Shown one piece after another: positions 19,619 to 28,428 of a DNA stretch of 64,000 nt. The stretch spans positions 288,001 to 352,000 of the forward strand of contig CBDCNQ010000003.1 in assembly GCA_965219445.1 (NCBI GenBank). Direction: 5' to 3'. This DNA comes from Longimicrobiales bacterium. GTDB taxonomy: Bacteria > Gemmatimonadota > Gemmatimonadetes > Longimicrobiales > Gaopeijiaceae. Below the pieces are notes generated by a model. It was not told where the DNA came from and did not search any database. It worked only from the letters and a program-made list of their open reading frames with translations. Numbering within the stretch: the first letter of the stretch is position 1; each line of letters starts with the position of its first letter. The position numbers were made by a program, and so were the translations under genes.

Positions 19619-21160
19619 TCAGGTGAAGTAGTCCGATACGTTGATCATGTACTTCTCCGGCTCCGTCACCTTGATAACGGATCGGGCGAAGGACCCGTTG
19701 GGCGCGGCGTCGGACAAATCCACGAGGGGTGGCTCATCGAGCCACACACCATCGGAATCGCAGATCAGACGGATGATCGGCCTGTGAATGAAGGCGGCGT
19801 CAGAATTCGCAGCGTGAACGATGCCTATTTCGTGTGTATCGAGAATCACGCATGTCCCCACCGGATAGATGCCCAAGAGATTGATCAGGGCCTTGACGAG
19901 CACCGCGTCGTGACCGCCGTCGGGGTCCTCTCGGAGCTCACGAAGCACGATGTCAGGCGCCTTTCGCGCAGCGTAGCTACGCGTACTCGTTGCGGCGTCG
20001 AACGCGGCAGCCAAGCCCACGATCTTGGAAAACACCGAGAGCTTTCTGGGTCGCAGGACCTTGGGATACCCAGAGAAATCCATCTTCATGTGGTGCTCGT
20101 AGGCCGTGATCATTCCTCGGTAGGGGATGTCGCCATAATCCCGAAATTGGTATGCGCTGAGGGCTCCGAGCCAAGTGTGGGACCTGAGGGTCTCCTGCTC
20201 CTCTTCCTCGAGTTCGCCCTCTTTCATGATGAGTTCCAGCGGGACCCGGCTCTTTCCTACATTATGGAGCAAAGCGGCCATTCCCAGGTCGAAAAGCCGA
20301 TTCTTGCTCAGGCCCAGCCGGCGACCGATGGCGACGCTGAAGATGCACACGTTGACGGTGTGGGCGAAGCTGTATTGGTCAAAGTCGTTCAACGTGGCGA
20401 GGCCCACCGAGGCCACCTCGTGGTTCAGCACCTGGTCGACGATGCTGCGAACGGCCTGTTTCATCTCTTTGAGATGAGCGCTTCGTCCCATCCGGGAGCC
20501 CTCCAAGAGATCCTTCGTGACGGCTACCGAGTTCTCATAGGTCTGCTTAGCTACCCTCCTGCGTTCCTCTTCATTCGAGAATGGTGTTTCTCCTTCCCCG
20601 GGAACACCAACCTTGATGTTTAGAACCCCACGCTCAACAAGCGCGCGCCGCAGCCGCTCCAATCCCTCTTGTCCCTCGGGCTCGGGTTCGGGCGCACCGA
20701 AACGGAGAACTTCTGAAATGAAGGTCTCCCACTCTCCACCACCCGCCGGTTTTTCCATTCGCACCCAGGCCACGCCCGCGTCGGATAGCGCGGCCACCAC
20801 GAGGCCGAACGAGGCAAAGTTGTCCAGATCCAGGTACAACCGTGAAGCGTTCAGGTAGAGCAGGCGCCCACGGATGCGTATCTCGAAGGCTCCGTCGAGG
20901 ACGAAAATGACCGACGCCGCCTCGGCCAGATCCTCGAGGTTTTGCCTTAAGTCGGCTGTGGCGACGGGGTGGAGCTTGACGGTCCGGATGGCCTCGTAGA
21001 GGGCGGGGAGGAAGCTCCCCCGCAGCTTGTACGCAGCGGCATCCGATTGAGCAGTCGTCTCGGAGGCTGAGACGGAACCATCCTTATCGAAGTCATGGAC
21101 CGGCGTCTCGGAAGGGACGGTCACGCTTGCCTGGTCAGGACCGGCCGTCTGCCCGCTCAT
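19619..21160 (-). CDS. HD-GYP domain protein, degenerate metal site
   Basis: HTVNV, LLHNVGK, EHH, SGYP, FDA.TSTRSY, LGIYPVG. Confidence 0.85.
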   Translation of the reverse strand: MSGQTAGPDQASVTVPSETPVHDFDKDGSVSASETTAQSDAAAYKLRGSFLPALYEAIRTVKLHPVATADLRQNLEDLAEAASVIFVLDGAFEIRIRGRLLYLNASRLYLDLDNFASFGLVVAALSDAGVAWVRMEKPAGGGEWETFISEVLRFGAPEPEPEGQEGLERLRRALVERGVLNIKVGVPGEGETPFSNEEERRRVAKQTYENSVAVTKDLLEGSRMGRSAHLKEMKQAVRSIVDQVLNHEVASVGLATLNDFDQYSFAHTVNVCIFSVAIGRRLGLSKNRLFDLGMAALLHNVGKSRVPLELIMKEGELEEEEQETLRSHTWLGALSAYQFRDYGDIPYRGMITAYEHHMKMDFSGYPKVLRPRKLSVFSKIVGLAAAFDAATSTRSYAARKAPDIVLRELREDPDGGHDAVLVKALINLLGIYPVGTCVILDTHEIGIVHAANSDAAFIHRPIIRLICDSDGVWLDEPPLVDLSDAAPNGSFARSVIKVTEPEKYMINVSDYFT

Positions 21161-22866
21161 GCGACCTCCTGGCGGAGTGCTTGTGCCGCCGCCGTGCGCA
21201 CAAGCACGTCACGATCCACGATCACCTCTTGAAGGATGAGCCTCGCCGAACGTGTTCCCACGTGGCCTAGAGCGAGCGTCGCGCATGCTCTCGTATCCGG
21301 ATCGCCCCGGCCCCTTCCCAGGCTCCCCCCAAGAATGAGGGTTTTGAGAGTCGGGACCGCAGCCTCGCCGGCGATGCTCCCGTACGCCTCGAAGAAGGCC
21401 CTCTTCTCCGTAAGGTCCAACTTACCCTTTCGATGATTCCGGACTACCGCTTCGATCTCTTCGAGAGCGCCGCTGTATGTGTGTGCCGACAATCCTTGTA
21501 CGGCCGCGATTCTGATATCTGGATCGGAATCCTGAAGGAGTGAGGCCAGCACCCTCAGGCCCTGTGCCGTCGGGACGCGCAGCAGTACGGGAACGAGCGC
21601 CGAGCGAATACGTACCTCGGCGTGGCCGGCCAACCCCTCCAGCTGCTCGCTCAGCCCATTCAACCCCTTCTCCCCGATGAACCGCAGAGCCTCCATGACC
21701 ACGACATCTTCGCTGGAATCGAGGGCGGTCATGATCACACCCGGTCGGGCCTCCGCCACCCGCCCGACGGCTTGACTTAGTAGCTCGTGGGTGTCCGGCC
21801 TCGAGAATCGATGAAGCCACTTGAGCGTGGTCGCGAACCCGTCGGGACGTAGCTCTCCGAGCACCTCCTCGAGGTCCTCCACGGACGGCTCCACTCCTGC
21901 CTGGTCGAGCGCGTGCATAAGCTGTGTCACCGCGCCCGGAGCTGACATCGCTCCGGCAAGTTGGTTCAACTGCGTGAGGTGGTCGGAATCAATCTCAGGA
22001 GCCCTCTTCAGAATCAGGCGGGCCTCCGAGAGGAGGTAGGCGACCGACCGGAAATCGCCACCGATGAGCAGCTGGGGCAGCAGATCCGTTAGGATGGCGA
22101 TGATCTCCGAGCGGACCTCGGGGTCCGTCTGTAGTTCGAAGGTGTCGAAGAGGAGCGAAAGCACGTTCCGACCGAGGTCCTGGGCGTATTCGCGCTCGAC
22201 CTCCTCCCTCAGATATCGAATCTCGGTGGTATCGAGGAAGTAGAGGGTGGACTCGTACGCATCTAGATCGACGATGCTCGGGTTGGCTCCCCCCGTATCC
22301 ACCTCCTCCTCGACCCGCTTCCGGACCTCGTCGGCTTTCGGACCCGTGGCTGAGGCTGAGGCTGAGGCTACGGGCCGGGCTCTCTCCGCCGCGGGCCGCG
22401 CTTTTTCCGCGGTGGCCCGACTCTCCGGCCCGCTGTCCGATGATTTCCATCGGATGTACTGAAAATCGGCAGTCCAGAGCAGCGTCTGGAGGTCATCGAC
22501 ATCCTCATGGGTCAGCGAACGCGAGCGGTGGATTGCTGCCAGGAACGTCCTGGCCTCTTCTTCCTCTACCCCAGGAGAGAAAGCGAGGAACCGGAGCCCG
22601 GCCTCGGATAGGGCCCAGGCCAATCCGTCCTGCTTGTCGACCGGCAAGACGTCGTCCGCTTCCCATTGGAGTCCGCAGTCCGTGACCGTGAGTGGCAAAC
22701 CACTCAGCCGTTCCCAGAGTCCAGCAAACCCAACCCTGACCTTCTCCATCGCTTGCTCGTGGATGGGGTGCCCCGGGCCGTGCACCGGTATCGTGCGGAG
22801 GCCCGCCTCGAGAAGTGTCAGAACTGCCCGGACACGAGAGATGTCATTCGGCTTGGTCGGGGGCAT
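21157..22866 (-). CDS. HEAT-repeat protein
   Basis: C-terminal repeats (LQDSDPDIRIAAV, DRDVLVRTAA); stop overlaps HD-GYP start; start approximate. Confidence 0.8.
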   Translation of the reverse strand: MPPTKPNDISRVRAVLTLLEAGLRTIPVHGPGHPIHEQAMEKVRVGFAGLWERLSGLPLTVTDCGLQWEADDVLPVDKQDGLAWALSEAGLRFLAFSPGVEEEEARTFLAAIHRSRSLTHEDVDDLQTLLWTADFQYIRWKSSDSGPESRATAEKARPAAERARPVASASASATGPKADEVRKRVEEEVDTGGANPSIVDLDAYESTLYFLDTTEIRYLREEVEREYAQDLGRNVLSLLFDTFELQTDPEVRSEIIAILTDLLPQLLIGGDFRSVAYLLSEARLILKRAPEIDSDHLTQLNQLAGAMSAPGAVTQLMHALDQAGVEPSVEDLEEVLGELRPDGFATTLKWLHRFSRPDTHELLSQAVGRVAEARPGVIMTALDSSEDVVVMEALRFIGEKGLNGLSEQLEGLAGHAEVRIRSALVPVLLRVPTAQGLRVLASLLQDSDPDIRIAAVQGLSAHTYSGALEEIEAVVRNHRKGKLDLTEKRAFFEAYGSIAGEAAVPTLKTLILGGSLGRGRGDPDTRACATLALGHVGTRSARLILQEVIVDRDVLVRTAAAQALRQEVA

Positions 22867-22987
22867 GGCTCGGCAGTTGCGGGGGCGTACTTGAAAGGTA
22901 TGCCCAATGACCGAGAAGACGGAAGCAAATTCGTGGCTCGGATCCGAAGGCGTACCGCCAAGATCCCTCGGCCCACCCGCCGCGACC

Positions 22988-24268
22988 TCAACCTTCCTGT
23001 TCACCCTCCGCCGCATAGGGGGCATCCAGACGAAACTCGGGATGTAGCGCGAGAAACGCTTGGACTCGGGCCTCCCGACTCAACGCTGTCGGAATGAAAT
23101 CAAGCGCCTGCTGCAGCCGCTCGTCGGACGCCGCACAGCTGAACCTCAGGAAGCCGGCCCCCGCGTCGCCGAAGCATTCCCCGCCCAGGCAGGCTACGCC
23201 GAACTGGTCGTCGGCCCCCTCCAGCAGATAGACCGCCAGACCGTGGCTGGTGATGCCCATCCGATTGCAGACGCTCGACACGTCCGAAAAGACATAGAAC
23301 GTGGCACGGGGCTCGAGCGTGCGGAAGCCATCGAGGCGGTTGAGGCCCTCGGTCAGCAAGCTCACCTTTCGGCCGAACTTTTCCATCGCCGTACCCCGCT
23401 CGGAGGAGTCCGTCTCCAACGCGGCCTTGCCGGCGATCTGCACCAAGGGTGGCGTGCACGAGAGCGTCGTGTTGATCATCGTGCCCACGGACTCGGCCGT
23501 GGTGGGCGATGACACGGCGAACCCGAGTCGCCACCCGCTCATGCTGTAGGATTTGCTGAACGTGTACGCGGCAAGCCCATGGTCCAGCATATCGGGCTGA
23601 GCCATCAAGGAATGGTGGCGACCCTTCCACACCATATGGCAGTACGGTTCATCACTGAAGACGGCGATCTGCTCGCCTCGAATCAGGTCGGCGATGCCCC
23701 GGAGGTCCTCCTCGGTCGCCACGCCCCCGGTCGGGTTGTGCGGCGAGTTGAGGAAGATCGCCTTCGGTGAAGGATCCTCCGCCAGGAAGTGCTCGATCTC
23801 CGCAGTGTCCGGCCGAAAGTCGTTCGTCTGCTTGAGGGGTGCGAACACCGGCCGACCGCCTCGTCGCTCGATGTTCGGCACATACGTCGGAAAATAGGGG
23901 CTGAAGACCAACACCCCATCACCCGGATTCAAGAACGCCTCGCAGAAGAACTGCTCGAAGACCTTGGCACCTGGGGCCACGACCACGTTCTCCCGCTCGG
24001 CGGGGATCCCGAATTCGTCGCGAACGAGTCGAGCCGCCGCGTCGCGGAATTCCGGCAGACCGGGTGACGGGCAGTAGTGGGACTGGTTCTGTTCGATGGC
24101 TTCGATGCCGGCGGTCTTGGCCGAATCCGGAGTGTCGAACGGGCTGTCACCGATCTCCAGCTCGACTACATCCTTCCCCGAGGCCTGCAGCTGCTTGGCT
24201 GTAGCCAGAACGGTGAACGCGGTTTCGGCCGTCAGGGACTTCGCGAAGGTACTGAGCTCAACGGTCAC
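22988..24268 (-). CDS. Class I/II PLP-dependent aminotransferase
   Basis: NSPHNPTG, SDEPY, TFSKSYSMSGWRLG, LRFS. Confidence 0.93.
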   Translation of the reverse strand: MTVELSTFAKSLTAETAFTVLATAKQLQASGKDVVELEIGDSPFDTPDSAKTAGIEAIEQNQSHYCPSPGLPEFRDAAARLVRDEFGIPAERENVVVAPGAKVFEQFFCEAFLNPGDGVLVFSPYFPTYVPNIERRGGRPVFAPLKQTNDFRPDTAEIEHFLAEDPSPKAIFLNSPHNPTGGVATEEDLRGIADLIRGEQIAVFSDEPYCHMVWKGRHHSLMAQPDMLDHGLAAYTFSKSYSMSGWRLGFAVSSPTTAESVGTMINTTLSCTPPLVQIAGKAALETDSSERGTAMEKFGRKVSLLTEGLNRLDGFRTLEPRATFYVFSDVSSVCNRMGITSHGLAVYLLEGADDQFGVACLGGECFGDAGAGFLRFSCAASDERLQQALDFIPTALSREARVQAFLALHPEFRLDAPYAAEGEQEG

Positions 24269-24449
24269 GGGATCTCGGTGTTGCGAGGGGCGAGCGCATC
24301 GGGGGGCAATCCACCCTCCGACGAGGGCACACAAGATGTGGCCGACTCCTGCGGTGCCACAAGCAGCTTGCAGCGATCGGCACTTGCGAAATGGCAGACA
24401 CCCACTCATGTCGTACCGTGCGACTTACTTGCTTGCGATCCAGGGGGAA

Positions 24450-25325
24450 ATGGTGGCGGACATCGGTGGTCAAAAATCGTCGGAGCAGAGAGTGCGACGG
24501 GTCCTACGGGAAATCCGTTCCGGATCGAGAATGGGTTGGGACGAATTTGCCGAGCGGGTGGGTCACGCCGGCTTTCAGGTATCCCCCGCGGCCGTGCGTG
24601 GGTACGAAGAGGGACGAACGAAAAAAGTCCCCATCGCTTACGTCGATGCGGTGTGCCGCGCTTTTGGTGCGTCGCCGGCAAGCTTCTTCGCGGAGGATCT
24701 CGACGGAGCTCGGGACTCGCCTGATGAAGCCGAACGGCAACTCTCGGCCATCAGACAGATTCTCCGGGAATCTAATCCGGTCGCCCAGAGTCGACCGGAG
24801 GCTCCCCACGAGCCCGGGTCTCTACGGCGCCGTTTCCTTTCCGCAATTTCCGAGTACAGCGATCTCGAGGTGGAGCGGATCTGCGACCTGAACCATGAGA
24901 CGGTTCGGCAGTACCGCCAAGGGCAATGGCCGACCCGCGGCCCCAACGCATCGACCGAAGGCAAGATCGAGCGATTCCTGGAGCTCCACGAGCAGCGGCG
25001 AACGGCTGCGGCCACCCACGAGGGCGAGCTTCCCGCTCTGGTCGAGGGACTGATCGCCTTCGCCGAGGAATGGGAGAATGACCAGGAGTTCCGTGAACGT
25101 TACCCGAAGCACGGATGGATATCGATCACCGAGGACGCGATCCGGCAACTGAGGCGACTCCAGCTGGTGCGCTACGACGATGAGATCGCCTGGCTGGCTT
25201 ATAAACGGGCCGTTGGGTACACCCCGGAAAGTGCCGATGACGTCGGGCTCGCCGACCTAGGTATGAGCATCGACCCGTTTCTATCACGAGCATCGCAACG
25301 CAAAGCCGGAGAAGAGTCAAACTAA
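24450..25325 (+). CDS. XRE-family regulator with two HTH-like regions
   Basis: LREIR..MGWDEFAERV...SPAAVRGYEEG...AVCRAFG; second HTH-like SDLEVERICDLNHETVRQYRQG; GGGGG RBS-like run before ATG 24450. Confidence 0.75.
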   Translation: MVADIGGQKSSEQRVRRVLREIRSGSRMGWDEFAERVGHAGFQVSPAAVRGYEEGRTKKVPIAYVDAVCRAFGASPASFFAEDLDGARDSPDEAERQLSAIRQILRESNPVAQSRPEAPHEPGSLRRRFLSAISEYSDLEVERICDLNHETVRQYRQGQWPTRGPNASTEGKIERFLELHEQRRTAAATHEGELPALVEGLIAFAEEWENDQEFRERYPKHGWISITEDAIRQLRRLQLVRYDDEIAWLAYKRAVGYTPESADDVGLADLGMSIDPFLSRASQRKAGEESN

Positions 25326-25432
25326 AATAACCCTAATTATTGCGCTTTTGTACTTTATCAGCTTGATTCCTGTGCAGGGGCATCGTGGCTTCCCCATGAC
25401 CGCCCCCCGGATCAGATCACAGGAGGCACGAG

Positions 25433-25576
25433 ATGAGCAAGCTGATGAGGATGTGGGTGTTCTTGGCGGTCACGGGATTCATGACGGCGTGTGGGGGATC
25501 GCCGGTCGATCTAGCGGGCGGTTGCGGCGGTGTGCCGTCCCCGAACAGCTACTGTGACGACGATGACGACGATTGA
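25433..25576 (+). CDS. 47-aa small lipoprotein / peptide precursor (below ORF-track cutoff)
   Basis: AGGAGG at 25421-25426, 6 nt before ATG; MSKLMRMWVFLAVTGFMTA-CGGSPVDLAGGCGGVPSPNSYCDDDDDD; basic n-region, hydrophobic h-region, MTAC lipobox. Confidence 0.8.
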   Translation: MSKLMRMWVFLAVTGFMTACGGSPVDLAGGCGGVPSPNSYCDDDDDD

Positions 25577-26961
25577 GCTCCGCTAGCTAACAGTTCGAGC
25601 TGGGTCCGGATCTCTTCTTCTTCGGTATCGCGAACCACCGGGTCCGGGTCCAGCAAGGGCTGCCAAGGTCTTTCGAGGTCGAGCGCCGCTTCGATGTCGA
25701 ACACGAGCTTACCGAGCTTCGCCTCCTCGGCGTAGCGGAGCGCCGCCTCGAGGGCGTCTTGCCCCTCCGGCCGGTCGAGGGCGAGTAGGGCCTGACCTCG
25801 CTCAAAGAGGATCTGTCCTTTCCCCATCGCTGATAGTTCGGCGTCGTCGACTTTCGACGAAAAAAAATCGAAGGACGCCTCGTCTCCTCTGAAGGCGGAC
25901 ATCACGGCGAGGTTCTGGGCGGCGTGGTGTCGAGTCTCGGTAAGCGGCGAGCCATTCATCGTCATGAGGTTACAACACCAGGCCTCCTCTGATCTTCCCA
26001 GTCTACGAAAGCAGTCACCGAGCGTAACGAGAATATCCCATTCGTCGTCGAGCCCACGCGCCTCCGTGAAGGCGCGCCATCCGACTCGAACCGCTTCGGT
26101 CCAGGCTTCGGCGTCGCGATGGATCAGCATGAGCCCGAAATAGCCCTGTGCGACCGCCTGCCGGGCTCCGGCAGTCTGGCCCTCTTCGATCGCCGAGCGG
26201 AAGAGAGTCTCGGCCGCGGCGATCGCGCCCTTTTCCCGACGGACGTTCGCGAGACCGATAGCCACGTGGGCCGCCGCATCGAGCCTCCCAAACGCAAGCG
26301 CCGTGTCCCGGGCCTGCTGATACCAAGTGACGGCTTCGTCCCATCGCCCGAGTTTGCGAAGCGCTCTACCTAAAAAGCGCGCTGCGCGGATCGCCGCAGC
26401 TTTATTCGCCGTGGAAAGAGCGGCCTCGTGGGCCTGGCTGTAGGTGGTGATCGCCGACTCGAAGTCGGAAGCGTCCTCCGTGGCCTCGCCCTCGGCGATC
26501 AGTTCCGTTACGGAAAGGTTCGCAGTCGGCTCGACCCCTTCAATCCGCCCGATCGCCCAGGTCGCCACCCAGGCGGCGATCTCAGCCGCACGGCCCAAGT
26601 TCCTGCCGACCTCCAAGCGGCGATCCCCCTGAAGGACGAGAAACCAGGATCGGCCGTGACGCTCAGCCAGGAACAGGCCTGCCCACGTATTGGCTCTGGT
26701 TTGGCCACTGTGGAGCCGTCCAACCACGGACTCCCTTCGGCTGTTCCTGATGAATTCCTCCGGGACGCTCTCGAACCCGCATCCGTGCTCCGCCTCCGGG
26801 GGGCAGAGCGTCAGGTAGGGGTGCAGCACCCCGCCATTCTCCGTGTAAGACCAAACCAAGCCGGCGCTCGCGGCCCCCGACTCCTGCTTGAGCGTCGCCA
26901 GTTTCGGTGCCAGGCGGCTCCGAATCGGATCGTAGGAGTAAAGCTGGAATTTGCGTGTCAT
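25549..26961 (-). CDS. TPR protein with N-terminal alpha/beta (GAF-like?) region
   Basis: Repeated TPR helices (LGRALRKLGRWDEAVTWYQQA, LANVRREKG, LGDCFRRLGRSEEA); ATG 26961 follows an AT-rich region. Confidence 0.8.
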   Translation of the reverse strand: MTRKFQLYSYDPIRSRLAPKLATLKQESGAASAGLVWSYTENGGVLHPYLTLCPPEAEHGCGFESVPEEFIRNSRRESVVGRLHSGQTRANTWAGLFLAERHGRSWFLVLQGDRRLEVGRNLGRAAEIAAWVATWAIGRIEGVEPTANLSVTELIAEGEATEDASDFESAITTYSQAHEAALSTANKAAAIRAARFLGRALRKLGRWDEAVTWYQQARDTALAFGRLDAAAHVAIGLANVRREKGAIAAAETLFRSAIEEGQTAGARQAVAQGYFGLMLIHRDAEAWTEAVRVGWRAFTEARGLDDEWDILVTLGDCFRRLGRSEEAWCCNLMTMNGSPLTETRHHAAQNLAVMSAFRGDEASFDFFSSKVDDAELSAMGKGQILFERGQALLALDRPEGQDALEAALRYAEEAKLGKLVFDIEAALDLERPWQPLLDPDPVVRDTEEEEIRTQLELLASGAQSSSSSSQ

Positions 26962-27075
26962 GGCATTAATTTTATGAGTGATGGCAGGCGTTAATATGGC
27001 ATTGCTAATATAGTCAGCGCTCACCCCGGGAGAAAAGGCGCATGAATGGATAATACAACGAATTTTGCGCAACTA

Positions 27076-27104
27076 TTGCTTAGTGTGCCCCGCATGTTTA
27101 GACT
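27076..27104 (+). promoter_or_regulatory. Sigma70-like promoter TTGCTT-17-TAGACT
   Basis: Exact 17-nt spacer in AT-rich DNA divergent from the TPR gene. Confidence 0.6.
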
Positions 27105-27110
27105 GGTGTT

Positions 27111-27219
27111 AAGGCACGTGCGGGCAGGTGCCCTGGCTTCTATGACCCTGGGGGGGGCTCTTGAGTCAGAACTGTTGCGCGGTGGAGGGTTGCCGCGGAC
27201 CGACTGCCCGCACCTTTTT
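27111..27219 (+). ncRNA. Candidate structured RNA (three-way junction followed by U-tract)
   Basis: GTGCGGGCAG (27118-27127) pairs perfectly with CTGCCCGCAC (27204-27213) and encloses two hairpins; followed by CTTTTT; promoter immediately upstream. Confidence 0.45.
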
Positions 27220-27377
27220 CCCTTCCTGATTGGTATGATCCCTCCAATGGCCAGCCCCTTTTCGTCGAGGGTTGGTGTCCGTCGATGGGTGACGCTCCGC
27301 TGAGGGAGAAAAGTGGCCGTTCTCGACCTGAGGTCCCCTGGACTCAGCGTGTACATCGGCATGGGAAGGTTCACCGG

Positions 27378-27995
27378 ATGACTCCTGCCACCGAAAGGAT
27401 CTTCGGCGTCATCCTGGCCGGAGGCCAGAGCCGCCGGTTCGGCCGGGCGAAGCCGTTCGCAGTACTTGGCGGAGCTCCCATGGCAAGCTGGGGAGTGCGG
27501 GCGCTTAAGGCGGCGGGCTTGGCCGTCGGCGTCGTATCGGACGACGATGGTATGGAGGCAGCGCTCGGTGTCCCGGCTCGACCCGATCTGGAGGCCGGAC
27601 TCGGCCCGATCGGCGGGCTATGGACGGCACTCCGATGGGCCCAGGAAAGAGGAGACGACGGCGTGCTGCTTCTCGGGTGCGACATGCCCCTCGTGAGTGA
27701 GGCGATGCTTCGGGCCGTCCTCGGCTGGAGCGACACTGCGCCAGCGGTGGTCCCCATGGGCCCGGAGGGTCCCGAGCCGCTGTGCGCCCTCTACCGAGCC
27801 GCGTGTGCGTCGGTGATCCAGCACAGGCTCCGCTCCAAAGACCTGTCGATGCGTGGGCTGGCACAAGCTCTCGGGGCAGCGCTGATCGGTGAGGAGGACG
27901 TCGCCGCGGTCACGGACCCACAGATCGACTTCCTAAACGTGAATACTGTGACGGATCGGGATCGGGCCGAGCATTTTCTCACCACGCGTCGCTAG
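27378..27995 (+). CDS. mobA: Molybdenum cofactor guanylyltransferase
   Basis: ILAGGQSRRFG..K, GPIGGL, CDMP, EPLCALY, NVNT. Confidence 0.9.
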   Translation: MTPATERIFGVILAGGQSRRFGRAKPFAVLGGAPMASWGVRALKAAGLAVGVVSDDDGMEAALGVPARPDLEAGLGPIGGLWTALRWAQERGDDGVLLLGCDMPLVSEAMLRAVLGWSDTAPAVVPMGPEGPEPLCALYRAACASVIQHRLRSKDLSMRGLAQALGAALIGEEDVAAVTDPQIDFLNVNTVTDRDRAEHFLTTRR

Positions 27996-28024
27996 CGGGA
28001 CGAGTGCCAGCGAGTACCGCAATA

Positions 28025-28414
28025 CTAACCACCCGCGCCGCCGGACCCTCCGGCGCGTGGCTCATATTCCAACTCGAACTCTACGCGCACGATGCCGGGT
28101 ATCGCTCGGACGACGGCGCCGAGACTCTGCTGAACCGTTCCGAAGCCGCCAGGCGTGAAGCGGCCTCCACAGCCCTCACAGACAACCGACCCCCTCAGCG
28201 TCACTACCCCGTTGCTCACGTCCACGGTAATCGAATCCGCCGGAACGTCGGACGCACTTTCGAGGGCCGCCTCGACCCGCGCCCTGAGCACTTCGTCGGG
28301 CACACTCTGGGTGGCTTCCGACCCGCAGGCGCCAAGGGATAGGGCGGCACCGAAGGAGATGGCGACTGCGGAACGGAACGTGGACGCCCTCCATCTCACT
28401 GTTCTCACGGTCAC
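28025..28414 (-). CDS. BON-domain lipoprotein with CxxC insert
   Basis: LGAC lipobox; DEVLRARVEAAL...ITVDVSNGVVTLRGSV-VCEGC...AIPGIVRV; start approximate. Confidence 0.75.
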   Translation of the reverse strand: MTVRTVRWRASTFRSAVAISFGAALSLGACGSEATQSVPDEVLRARVEAALESASDVPADSITVDVSNGVVTLRGSVVCEGCGGRFTPGGFGTVQQSLGAVVRAIPGIVRVEFELEYEPRAGGSGGAGG

Positions 28415-28428
28415 TTCCCGTAACGGTC

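Noticed and set aside
22348..22369. (GCTGAG)n repeat
   Set aside because: Encodes an ASASAS linker in the HEAT protein; ordinary low complexity
24096..27072. Prophage or mobile element suggested by the XRE gene and AT-rich spacers
   Set aside because: No integrase, transposase, att repeats or phage genes nearby
27118..27213. tRNA-Sec (96-nt closed stem in a genome with a selenoprotein)
   Set aside because: No TTCRA T-loop, no properly placed UCA anticodon arm and no CCA end on either strand
27214..27377. Moco riboswitch before mobA; also checked before moaA (58326-58557)
   Set aside because: Hairpins are present but I could not recognise the conserved Moco/Wco motifs; high GC explains chance stems
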